Assembly (NCBI RefSeq): GCF_001194135.2
Contig: NC_069002.1
Location: forward strand, 4,882,511 to 4,946,510
DNA from: Octopus bimaculoides
Lineage: Eukaryota
DNA length: 64,000 nt
Reading direction: 5' to 3'
Position 1 is the stretch's first letter. The number at the start of each line of letters is the position of its first letter. Under the pieces are notes generated by a model. It was not told the origin of the DNA and ran no database searches. It was given only the letters and a program-made list of their open reading frames with translations. Both the position numbers and the translations under genes were made by a program. Below, piece by piece: positions 36,301-49,741 of this stretch.

Positions 36301-39096
36301 TTACTGCTGGTTTTCTTGTCATGAGATATGGCACAAGCTGAGCTTAAGCTTTTTGTTATCAACCACTTGATGCTGTCTCTAGTTCTGAGATGCAAAATAT
36401 CTTGTGTAACCCTTTAGCATTCAGATTACTCTGTGAAATATAATTCTTCTTCACATTATTTTAAATTAATCCTGCATTATTTCATAGCCTGGAGATTTTG
36501 ATGTTTTGATTGCTTATTTGTAAAATGATGTTGTAGGGTAGGTGTGAAAGGCCAACTCTGATGAGTTTGAAGATAAAACGGGTAGTGTACTTGGGCTGGA
36601 TATGGCCAGTTTAAATGCTAAAGGGTTAAAGAAGTCCTCGTTAAATTATTTTCCAAATGTCAGTTTAATAAAGGAAAAATTATCTCACTAAATTAAATCC
36701 TTTCCAAATCCTTTTCTTTTTCTAATATTAATAGAAATATATTTTATGAGACATGGTCATAGAAATGTTAGAAGTTGAACTCAGTAACTGTAGCTTTTAT
36801 TTTGAGAATTTTGGGATTTGGTCTTTGAGCAAATTGTCACACAGACAAATGATGATGGAAACTTTGTCTAATATTCTTTTTAGTTTAGTGCTGGACCATT
36901 TCCTTGACATTCGTGTAATGTTAACCAATGAGGGAATGTTTTATATGTTGGAAAATATGTTTAATATTTAAGGATGTTTTATTGAACCCAGTCAGTTGAA
37001 AGGTTCAGATCAACTTTTGCCCTTCCATCTGTCTGGGGTCCTTAAAGTATTACAGTTCAAGTACTTGGGTTGGATGTTAAACTATATCCATCTCTTAAAC
37101 GTGGGGTATTTGTGAATCAGTGAAATCAGTAATTAGGGATGTTTATACAACACACACACACACACACACACACAAATCATGTGAGGATGTTCTTGTGAGT
37201 TCTTTACTCCTGTAAATAACCACTTTTTTCAGTTGTTTGTAAATCCTATGCCGTTTGATACCATAGAAAGGATCAAAGCACTGCCAATCCTTCTGAGATT
37301 TGGACTCTGAAAATTCAACTCCATAACTATTTTAATATGGCTCTTTTCTCTCACCAACATCTCTACCCATCCCAATTCAGGCAAATATTTATTGTGACAG
37401 GCTGTATGACATTTCCTTGAGAATAAATTTTCATTGTTTCTTGTTAAAGGAAAACACACATACACATTGCATAATTATATTAGTGACAGTTTCTATTAGT
37501 GGAATGGTTTACAGACAGGATTCTTCTTTTTGGTAGAATTAAATTATTTGGTTGGTACTCATCTGAAGACTGTCTCAGACATTTGCTTTTTAAAAAGGCT
37601 TAAAAAAAATTACACTAATCTGATTATAACATTCATACACACACACACTCGCACAGTATGCTCAGTTGCGCAACGCATACCCTTTCGCATGCATGCACAC
37701 ATTCAGATGAGGAGAAAGATAGGATGAAATATCAATAAAAATTTTGTGTTATTTAGAAGTAGTTTACATATTTTAAAAAAGCATGGCTTTTATATTTTGG
37801 GCTAAAAATCAGATCTGTTTCGTTGTTGAAGTTTTAGATCATCATCATCATCTAGATATTATCTTTTAATCCATATTAACTGTCTGTGTGCATTTCACAA
37901 AGAACAACAATCATATTAGAACCCTGTTCCTTAATCTTTATTCTTGTATATTACCGGATGGTTCCACCGTGAATATTTCCATTTTAGTTATCTTTTAATC
38001 ATTTCAGTCGTTGCATTGTAGCCATGTTGGGGCACTTCCTTGGAGGATTTGGTTGAACAAATTGATGCCAGTTGTAAAGCAGTGGGGAGGAGGACACGGA
38101 CACGCGTGCGCGCGATTTGCTAATGATTCTGCCAGCATCCACACAATTTCTTTATACCAATTTTCATCACAGGGCTTTATTTGACCAGAAGCTCTTGTTG
38201 AAGACACTTGCACAGAATGCCTTCATGACTTTTAATATGGCAAACCTTTTAACAAGAAAATTTTTAATATACAAATAAAATAATTATAATACAAAGTATA
38301 TCGTAGATAGAGTAGAATAGCTAGCTATCGGGTTAAGATATTGGACTGTCAACTGCAACACTGCCTGGCTTGGAGCAATTGGCCTGTTGTAAAGTTACCT
38401 ATACTTAAGATTTTCAGTGGGAGAAGTTGTAGAATTAGTTCGGAAGTCAAAAGAAATTGATTTTGATTTTTTTTTTTTTTCTTTTTCCTTCTTCCTCCTT
38501 TGAAATATGTTTCAAAATATTGATTTGTGTCACCCATCACGGGGCTGCTCTCTTCAGTCAGATCAATGAAAAAGAAGCTTGATTCAGCTCACTGGATACA
38601 CCTTGCTTCTGTCTGATGCTGCACCATCACGCTGTGATGCTGTGTTTATACAGTCATAAGTGCAGTATTGCCATGTGATTGCAGCAAAAACTGGTATGGT
38701 GACTTTGAAATTGTTTTTGTTACGTCAACTCTGGTCGTGTACGACTATGAACGAACATAGTCCAGCCATGACCATCCTGTTTATTCTGTACATTAGTATA
38801 GTGTGAATTAAGAGACGCTTGACTGGGGTTAGGTTTTAAGGTTTTCATCATCATCACCATCATCGTTGTCATTCAACATCCACTTTTCCATGCTTCCATG
38901 GGTCAGGCACAATTTGTTGAGGCAGATTTTTTTACAGCTGGATGCCCTTCCTGTCACCAACCACCCACCTGTTTCCAAGCAAGGCAGTATTTATCCAAGG
39001 TTAGACATATTCTTATGGAAGACTGGAAACAAACAACATTGCTTGTATGATGGTGATGCTTTTTTTACAAGCATCACATGGTATCAAGACTGGTTG

Positions 39097-39139
<43 letters not shown>

Positions 39140-39239
39140 ACACTGGACTTCCTTCAGTTTCTGGCTAATAAATCCATTCACAGGGCTTTGATTGGCCTGG
39201 GGTTATAGTAGAAGATGCCATGCAGTGGGACTAAACATC

Positions 39240-39275
<36 letters not shown>

Positions 39276-42200
39276 ATGTCTTGATGTTTCTTAAATTTCT
39301 ATGATTTTTCGGTCTTACTTCTTTAAACTCTTTCCCATTAATATATAAACCATAATTTTGTTTTATTAAATGTGGCATTTATAGCTTTGCAATTATACTG
39401 AGTGATTAGTCAGACGCTATTAACAATGATGTTGAGGTAGCATGAGAAAGAGAGAGGGCTAAGTTATTCAGTTTTGTTTTCTTGTTTCATTTATTCTAAA
39501 CAGTGTGCTTTTTATAATTATTAGGTTTTTTCCTAAATTTCTTTTTTATAAATCTTTCACCATCATTACCATTATCGTCATCAGTTTTGTTGTGACTATC
39601 ACTTCAGTGTTGATATGATGTCAACGGGGTTGTCTTGTCATATCCTGCTACAGTTTGATGTAGTGATTCTAGTTAGTTTAGAAAACTTTTACTGTTGCGT
39701 TGGGCCTTTTCGTTTTCTACTCTCATTAACATGGTAGACTGGCAGAATCGTTGGCACATTGGACAAAGTGCTTAGCAGTAGTTTTGGATCTTTGTGGTTT
39801 TCATCACTGCATGTTGAAATCTTTAAAAGAAATTTTTAATTTTTGATGCTGAATCCAAATTTGTTATTCAATTATTCCAGAAAAGTTTTGCAAAACTGTT
39901 ACAGGTGTTCAGAGTTTGATAATTTTCAGAATTTTAAGCCAATCAGAAAACAGTGCGTTTTGCTGCCTCTTCCATCATCTGTCATAGTAGCAAGAAAGGG
40001 TGCCGGCAAGTCAAAACATTAAACTAACTACAAGTAAACAGTGAAAAACGTTCTAGAATCAAATTCTTACTGTTATGAAAACAAACGTTTATAGAACATG
40101 TGGTGGATACACTCCTTGTGCGCATGCACAGCATCTTTGGTTACTATGGAAACAGTTCTTTGCAATGAGCTATGGAACTTATGGTGCTTCTTTGCTTACT
40201 ATGCTAACAGAACTTTACGGTGATGAGTAAAATACTCGCTTCTGATTGGCTCATCATCCCGAGCCACTCCTATCTTTCACCATCACTTGCCACAGTCACT
40301 TTTATTCCATCTCTAATCATTTCTCCTTTGTGGTTAGGGTGTTGCATTCGTTATCATAAGATCATGGTTTCAATTCCTAGAATGAGCAGTGCATTGTGTT
40401 CTTGGGCAAAACACTCCATTTCATGTTACTCCTTGCTCATTCAGCTGTAAATGTTCTTCTGCAATAGCTGAAAAGTTAACCCTGCAATGGACTGGTGTCC
40501 TGTTCAGTGGGGAGTGTTGTAACTTCAGTTATGTCACTTACACACCATGAAAAGTGGGCTAAGCTCTGGCCTCACGAGTCTTGGGGCTTGCGACAGACCT
40601 GAGTAAGACTCTTGTGTAAAATGAATCACATCAGCAATGGTTACAGATGGATGTAGTTGATGGCTGATCTCTTCACATCTGCAGGGAAACTGTGGCTGGA
40701 AGGGAACTGGACATGTGGTCAAAATGAACTCTTCTAAAGGCAACCGAGGACCAGTTGGTGATGTTAAACTGGGCAGTATGGGTCTACCGTAAATATAGTG
40801 TGTGTGTGTGTGTGTGAAATATAGGTAAAGGACAAAGTAGAGAAGGAAATGGGTGCTACTTTAGCATGCAGTCTACTGCTGTATTCATAGTCTACTCTGT
40901 GTCATGAGCTGATCTGGGTTGGGATTAGGGTTACTGGTTAGGGTTTTAATGCTAAAGTGTTAAATGGCAAAATGGCAAGGTAGACTGCATGATGAAGTGG
41001 CATCAGGAAATGAATATGTTCTGTTGATAATCTATATTCATAAATGTCAATGTATCTTTGTCCTGAACAATGCCACAATTTCTCAGCAAGGATTTACCAA
41101 AATTGCCACACAAACCAAAATTCATCTCAGAATAGTATATAAAGAACACACACACACTCAAAAAAAAAAACAAAGCAAAACTAGGTCAAAGTTCCCCCTG
41201 AGGCAATACCTGCACATTGTCATGTGCATGCTCTTGCGCGCACGCACGCACACACACACACACACACACAGGATGTGTCACTATGGCAGCAACAACTTAT
41301 TCAAAGACAGTGTTTTATATTTAGTCTTTCAGTTTCTCTGTTTTCATTGAATGGTTCATTTTGTATGAATTTTTTTTTCTCTGTGAACCATGGCCCATAA
41401 AAGCTGTCTGTAACCTATTGTTTAACACCCCTCCCCCAAAGCCCACGTATTTGGCAAACTGAGTAATGCTGTACATTAAACAAATTTCTCATAATGGTTG
41501 TATTTTATTTTGTTGTGAACTTGTAGCCACTGGCATCCTGTTGCGAACTTGTAGCCACCGGCGTCCTGTTGCGAACTTGTAGCCACCGGCGTCCTGTTGC
41601 GAACTTGTAGCCACCGGCGTCCTGTTGCGAACTTGTAGCCACCGGCGTCCTGTTGCGAACTTGTAGCCACCGGCGTCCTGTTGCGAACTTGTAGCCACCG
41701 GCATCCTGTTGCGAACTTGTAGCCACCGGCGTCCTGCTGCGAACTTGTAGCCACCGACGTCCTGTTGTGAATTTGTAGCCACCGGCACCCTGTTGCAAAC
41801 TTGTAGCCAATGGCGTCCTGTTGCAAACTTGTAGCCAATGGCGTCCTGTTGCAAACTTGTAGCCATTGGCATGCTGTTACGAACTGTAAACTACATCATT
41901 GGATGTTGTGTCATAAACTACAGGTACTGGTGCACTATTGTACAAATGTATAAACAGTTGTGTGTTTATATACACACACACACTTGTATAGTAGTATATA
42001 GACAGCAGTATAGTATATACATCAATATAGCGAGAAGAGGACTATTCATAGAAATTGATTTGTTTCCTCTTCTCTGTTTCTGGATGCAGCTAATTAAGTG
42101 TTATTTAATGAAATTACGGTGATAATCTTATTGTACAGTGGAGTAGAGTACTGTGTGTGTTTAAGCTGACCTCTCCTGGGATAATTGTAGACAGGTCAAT

Positions 42201-42344
42201 AGAGTTAGGTGTCAGTTGATCTGCATAATGGAATATTCCCCTTACTGCTAACTAGTCTGATTGTAAGATGGAGATTCTCTGAAGTATAAAGTTGGTAAAA
42301 GCTCTAACTAATATATATATATATGCATGTGAGGGTGGAGGTGC

Positions 42345-42417
<73 letters not shown>

Positions 42418-44759
42418 GTAAATCTCATCAATATTCAGACGAGGCTGCCATCGTCAACTGAATAAGTGCTTGATGATGGCTTTTAGCATTCCTATAGTAG
42501 CCATTAATTTTACATGTTACTTAACTATTTTTACACACACACACACACAAATGCATATGGGCATATCAACACATTCTCTTTTCATCCTGTCTGTTGTCCT
42601 TCACTCTTTCTCTCTCTCTCTTCACCTTCCAACTGAAAACAACACTAAATTGTATAACCGCCTTATTCACTTTAATGCTGTTTATTATTATTATTATTAT
42701 TATTATTATATTTTCACAAGTGCCATAGTTTCTTTGCACAGAGTAATATTTCATTTGCACTCTTGCACTCACTTATCCGACTGTCTACTCTGTTTGGCCT
42801 GACCTAAGTGCACACAACCACAAGTATTACAACAGCAGCATCAACATGTTATGGCTGTACTTGGGAATATTTTATAATCTAAACGAAACTGTTAAATGGC
42901 TGTGTGGTCAAGAAGCTCAGTTTTCAGCCACATGGTTTTGGGTTCAGTCCCACTGTGCAGCACCTTGAGCAAGAAAAGTACCAGTTGCGTACTGGGGTCG
43001 ATCTAATCAGCTGGTCTCCTCCCCCAAAATTTTGGGTCTTGTGCCTAGAGAAGAAAAGACTATCTCATTTGATGATGGTGTATAGGTATTAAATGTCTTT
43101 TATGTTAATTATCAGACAGGTACTGGTTGTAATAAAGTGTAAGCTTGGCTGTGTAGTTATGAAGTCTACTTAGCAATCGCATGGTTTCAGGTTCAATTTC
43201 ACTGCATGACATCTTGGGCAAGTGTATTTTTCTATGTCCTCAGATTGACCAATGCCTTGTGAGTGAAATTGGCAGGTGGAAATTGTACTGATACCTGTCG
43301 TGTGTGTGTGTTAATTTTGATTCCATGTGTCTGCGTTATTAACATTGATGAGCGAAAAACATTGATTACATTCAGCAGTAAACAGACATCTTGTTGCTAT
43401 GTGTAGACCAATGGATTGAAAAGTTACCTCACTAGCCTTAGGTCTAAATTAGAAACAATCATTAGGCATGCCAGGCAAAATGCTTTGCAGCATTTTGTCC
43501 ATTTTTGTGCTCTTGCTCAAAGGCCACTGGGGTTGACTTTCCTTTCATCCTTTTGGGGTCGATAAATTAAGTACCAGCAAAACACTGGGGTCAATGTAAT
43601 CGACTTTTCCTCTCCCCCGAAAATGCTACCCTTGTGGCAAAATTTGAAACCATCATCATCATTATTATTATTATTATTATTTAAGGCAGTGAGCTGGTAG
43701 AGCTGTTAGAATGTAGTGGCAGACGAAATATCGCTAAGCATTTCGCCCAGCTTGCTGAGTTCAAACTCCACAAAGGTCAACTTTGCCTTTCATCCTTTTG
43801 GGGGTTGACAAAATAATTAACATAGGAGCACTGGGGTTGACATAATCAACTCTCCCTTGTGCACAAAATTTCAGACCTTGTGCCTTGAGTAGAAAGTATT
43901 ATTATTGAAAGGCGGTGGGTGGCAAAAGTAATAAAGCATTGAACAAAATAATTTGTAGTATTTGGTTATGTCCTAAGTTCAAACCCTGCTGAGCCAACTT
44001 TGTCTTCCTCTTCAGGGTTGATAAATCAAATGCTGGAGTTGGTTAAATTTCTACACTGTTCCCCCTCAGTTAGAAAGTATTAATATTATTAATGGATACT
44101 ATAATGATAAAACTGCTCTGGCAATAGCATCTGTTAACTCTCTTCTACAACTGGACCTTCATTAAGCTGAACTTCTAGGTCTTGGTGGGATTGAAAAAAA
44201 AAACAATTTTGTTAATGCTTAATACTAGAACATAGCCACTTTGTGAGTGAGTGAGAGCTATCAACTGTCTCGATTAACTTGGAGTGCTAATACCGAAATG
44301 TGTTTGTGTGCATTGATCCCCGGACTTTCCACTGTCATGTAGATAGATTCTAGATCCAGGATGACTGTTGATATCTTCTCCAGCCTAATTCTGCAGAAGG
44401 AACGGATGGCAAAGGAGGAGAAGTGATCACTAACACAGATGAGTAGTTGCCATTCTTGTAAGTTGGCACTATATATTTAGCAGACCCCACACATAACTAT
44501 ACACAGTTCACTCACTGAAAAGACTCTCTCCCTGTTCTGTGCATGCGCTTAGCTGTGATGTAGTATCATGTTTCTTAGACATGCCTCATATAGCTTTGTT
44601 GTACAGAGACCAAGAGAAATAGTCACTTGATTGTCAACATGGCACTAGATATCCCCCCTCTGCCTCTCCCCCTCCCTCTTGTGCTACTTGCTGTCTTCTC
44701 AGCTCTACACTCAACGAATTCCTTCTACCTGCTTTCTCTTTGTTTTTCTCTGCGATCTG

Positions 44760-44806
<47 letters not shown>

Positions 44807-46400
44807 CCCCACTTCTGTGTATGTCTTCAATTATCTTTGTGTCTGTCTGTACCAAGAGACTAACCCTTCTCTCGTCGGTCATTATTCTCTAACTTTATAT
44901 AATAAATTCTGAAGCAACCATTGTCTGTCCTAAGCAAATTAATTACTCAATCCTTGGTAAAGTATTCACACTGAAATGTGCAAATAAGTAAAGCATGCTG
45001 GCTGTTTGAGTAAGGAGGGACCACTAGAAATAACAACTAAACCTCCTCTAAATTTCATCCTACCATATTAAAATAGCACATATTAACTCTTTAGCATTCA
45101 TATTACTCTGTCAAATGTAATGCTTATTTATTCATGTTTTGAATTAACCATACGTTATCCGCATAGCTTTGAGATTTCAACAATGTGGCTTTTTTAGAAT
45201 GACATTGCAAGTAAAGTGTGAGAGGCTGGATCTGGCCAATTTGAACATAAAACAATTGAAATCCTAGATATCCCTAAAAAGACAAGATAAACAAGGCTCA
45301 AGTGTGTCTACAAATTTTGACTTGGTGGGGAGGAGTTTAAACAATTTTGAATCTATGAAACTGTATGCACTCTTATGGTTAAGACAGTCGTCTGACCCAT
45401 TTCAGTTTCAACACCACAAATGCATCAGTTAGATGGAGGAGGTGGTTGAGATGGTCTCACCACATTACTGTATTAATCATGCATTATCTCGTAGCTTTGA
45501 GATTTCTATGATGTGATCATTTGTTTTTAGAATGACATTGTAAGGTAACATCAAATGGGTTCCGGTAAGGACTGTTGTAGCAGAAGTGGAATAAAATATA
45601 CATTGGTTGAGTTTTTTTTTTTTGTTCCTTGAGGGAGAATTGATTGTTATGCCTAGCAGGTTGAACAACCATCCAGAGGCTCTGTTGTTGGCTTGTGACC
45701 ATTGGTTGTTGAGTCTTAGGTGCACATTCCCTAAATTCCAGTAATGTTCAAGCATTGTGTTTCTGTTTTGTATTTCTTCCTTCCAAGATGGCATTTACTT
45801 GCTCTAATAATCTCCGCTCTGCACTATATGCTGGCTGTCAAGTTTCTTGCCCCCTTCTCAAATTGTACCCCTCTTCCTGCTCACCCTTGTCTAGGAGTGG
45901 TTGGTTAGCAGCAACCACTTTACATACTTAGAAGAGAGGGGAAAAAAAAAACCCTGTTCTGAATCATTAGGCATCTTTCTCCTGTTCTGTGATGTAAGCT
46001 GAGGATTGTGATACGACAAGGTGGAAGGTGGTTGTGAGAGAGAGAGAGAGTGAAAGAGAGAAGAGAGAGAGTGAAAGAGAGAAGAGAGAAACAATTGAAG
46101 CAAAAATATATGTAATATGTGATGTGAACTGAAGATCGGTGTATGACAAGTTGGTGGATGGTGTGTATGTGTGTGTGAAACAATTGAAGTAAGGGTATAT
46201 AGTGTATGATGTAAACTGAAGACTGGTGCTTGACAGGGTGTAGATGGTGTGTGTGTGTGAAACAATTAAAGCAAGGGTTTATATGTGACGTAAACTGAAG
46301 TCTGGTTTATGACAACGTAGTGGATTGCATATGTGCGTATATATGTGAATCTGTTGAAGCAATTGTGTATTGTATTTATACAATACAATTAAAAGATGGG

Positions 46401-46435
<35 letters not shown>

Positions 46436-49400
46436 CTTTTTTGATGAAAACTGAGGACTGATATATGACAAGGTGAATAGTTTGTGTGTGTATGAAATAA
46501 TTAAATAATTAATGTAAGGGTGGTAATTATAACATCAACAACAAACGATGGCAGGATACTGATTAAAGAATGAATGTTTAGGAAGTGAACAGTGTGACAT
46601 CTCTGGGATTACGTTGACATTGTGACTCATAGCTATGGGCATATTGGTAATCTATATTTGAACTTGAGGTATAATTAGTTATAATATTATTAGCATCGTT
46701 TGTGTGTGTGTGTGTGTAGATAAGCATGGCAGTTAAAGAAAGTGATGATTCTCTCTATCTATTTATCTATCCACACACACACACACACACATATATCACT
46801 TATTTTTTTACTGTTTCCAATCTTTGGGCTATGGTTCTGCTGGAGCACCACGTTGAAAAGTTTTAGTCAAATAGACAAATATATATCCCCTGCTACTTAA
46901 TTTACCAGCCACTTTTCTTGAACTGCTAAGTTAAGATTTAAACAAACCAGTACCATTTGTCAAGTGGTTACACACACACACACACACATGCACGCATGCG
47001 TACAGTGGGCTTCCACACAGTTGCTGTCTACCAGATTCACTGTATGACTGAATCTGAAGCTGTCTGGTTGCAAAGCGAGCTTCTTAACTATGCAGGCATG
47101 CACGTGCATATACAGACAGTATGTGTACAGTATCTTAATTATGTCTATGGCATATACTGAACTGGACTTTTCGTGCAAGCTCCTTTAGCTACCCCTTATG
47201 ATATGCAGTGACATTGTGTGTCTTTTCTGATATCCAGCCTACAACAGTATTAGAATAAATATAATTAAAGAATAATCATTAAAGTAAGGAAGGAGAAATT
47301 ATTATAATTATCAAAATATATAATTCAGTTTTGTCTGTGCAACAAACATTTAACATTTATAATTTGTACTCTTTCACTTGTTCCACAACTTATTCCAGTC
47401 TTGTACTTTTTTTTATCTATCCCTATTGACTGGTTACCTTTTGATATAAAAAGATGCAACCCAATGCACCATTGTATATCAGTGTATATACATTTGTCCA
47501 TCGGAGCAATGAGGACCATCCAGTCAGCTTTAACCCCTTAGCATTCAGATTCCTCTGTCAAATATAATGCTTATTTACTCTCATTGCATTGAATTAACCC
47601 TGCATTATCTGATAGCTTTGAGATTTTGAAGATGTGATTTATTTTTAGAATGACATTGTAAGGTGTGTGTGAGGCTGGATCTGGCCAGTTTGAATGTAAA
47701 CTGGAAGAATATTTGGGCCTGATATGCTAGTTTCAATGCTAAAGGTTTAAGGATGACTGATGGCTTGCACAGGGGCTTTGTTTAAAGTGAAGAAGGGTTG
47801 TGTACTGTTAACCCTCACGCTTTCGTCTGTGACCATCTTCAATCCAATGCCAAGACTAGGTCAGGCAACTAGGGATGGAAGTAGATGACCAAAATGCTTT
47901 AATTACCTTGTCTTGCTCTCTGCACTCCGCACTACAGAACTGCAGCTGCCTTCCCCTCCATTGAACCATGACAATCTCTTCCACAGAGTCTGCCAGATCC
48001 AGTCTTCCCATGCATAGGCAGGCAAGCCTTAAAATGCTAATTAGCTGAGATCCCGACAGCTGTTACTTCTCTAGCTCACATGCACACACTTTCTCACACA
48101 TTTTATGGGCTTCTGCATATTTTCCATCTACCAAATTCCACTTAGAGGTGTTAGGTCAATCAAGGGCTACATCCTTCTGGGGTCAATAAAATAAGTACCA
48201 TTGGGATCGATGTAATTGGCTTATGCCCTCTCCTGAAATAACTGGTCTTGTTCCAAAATTTGAAACAAATACATTTTGGAATGGATATAAGTTAATGATG
48301 GAAGCATGACACGAGTCTCATGTATTAATCCAGGCATGAGCAACATTCTTTGAGAAGTGTGCCACATGAAACAAGGCTGAAGGTAATTCTTCATTAGGCA
48401 TGCATTCACAGAGTCTTGAGTCGCAGTTTGCCCATGACTGTATTAGTCCCCATGTGTATAGAAAATGTGCGATTGATATTTGCTGAAATTAGTCATATAG
48501 CAAGATCACTCTATCCCTAACCGCATTTTCCGTTGACCTGAAATGCAGTGACCTGTCTGCTCGGTCAAATAAAACCAATAACTATGAGAATATATTGGAG
48601 GCAATGTAAAACGTGCAGTAATTAATGTAATGCTTCTCTGTAAACAAATGATTTTTAGCTAATCCTGTAAGAAGAGTTAAATATGTACAGGCTACTTTCA
48701 CTTTCATACATCAAGACATCATGATAAATATATTTAAGCTAAGCTGTAAAAACCAAAAGGAAATAACTATAATATAACAAAAAATCCCCCTTTTTTATGT
48801 GTATTATGGCTTTACTACACATGTATTAGGAAATTACAGTGGATATCATGATTGTTGTGTGCATGTGCATCTATGTAACATCTGTTCTTGTTGCCTTGTG
48901 ATTGATGGATTCAGCTGTTTCAATAAGAGAAAAATCAACATTTATACAAACTCGGATGATATATATGAAAGATGCTTTCTCTGGTTTTGTTTTTATGCTG
49001 TAACATCAGCTTCAAATACGTTATTAAAACGTCCTGTTATCTCTTAATGGTGTCTTACTCTCTCACCTTCCCTCTCACTCTGTATGTGTTTTTTTCTTTT
49101 CTTTTCTTTTTTTTTGTTTTGCTGATTAACTGTTCAACAATAGATGTTGTTAACTTCAGTCAAGCTGTCTATTAAATCTGTTGACAGAATTATTATACTC
49201 CATGTCTGAAATGCATAATCTTAGCTGTCATATGACTACACTACTGCTGATAGAGGATCTCTGTGATTGTCTGGTGACACTAATTTTTAGAGACTCTGGC
49301 TGTTGATCATAAGACATTTAAATAAAAACGACTTCTCGTCAAGTGTTTGACTACTTCATCCTTTCATAATTATATTCCTAATGAGATGATATTGCCTATG

Positions 49401-49693
49401 TGTTCTAGTTCGACACAGCCAAAAGTTTTGTAGGGCTTTAGTGAAATATTTGTAACCCCTCCTCTCTCTCTCGTGCGTGTGTATGTGTGTGTGTTGATGT
49501 TTAGCCACAGGTCAGATTGATAGGCCAGACCTATGGTCAGGCATTCCAGCTGTGACCATCTTGTCTTTTTAGGAGGAATATAGAACTGGATCATCTAACG
49601 AGATTGTTCTTAAAATAGAACGTGATTTGCGGTGGGATTTGATTGTCTTTTCTGCCATGTCAAACAGCCACCTGGCGGCTCTCTTGGTTGGCT

Positions 49694-49741
<48 letters not shown>

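Noticed and set aside
40914-40946. Two TTAGGG hexamers (interstitial telomeric repeat)
   Set aside because: Too short and degenerate to distinguish from chance
41476-41872. Three overlapping 101-127 aa minus-strand ORFs with a 28-aa repeat; CRISPR-like regularity
   Set aside because: They arise from a 28-bp tandem unit lacking stops on one strand; there are no unique spacers or cas genes
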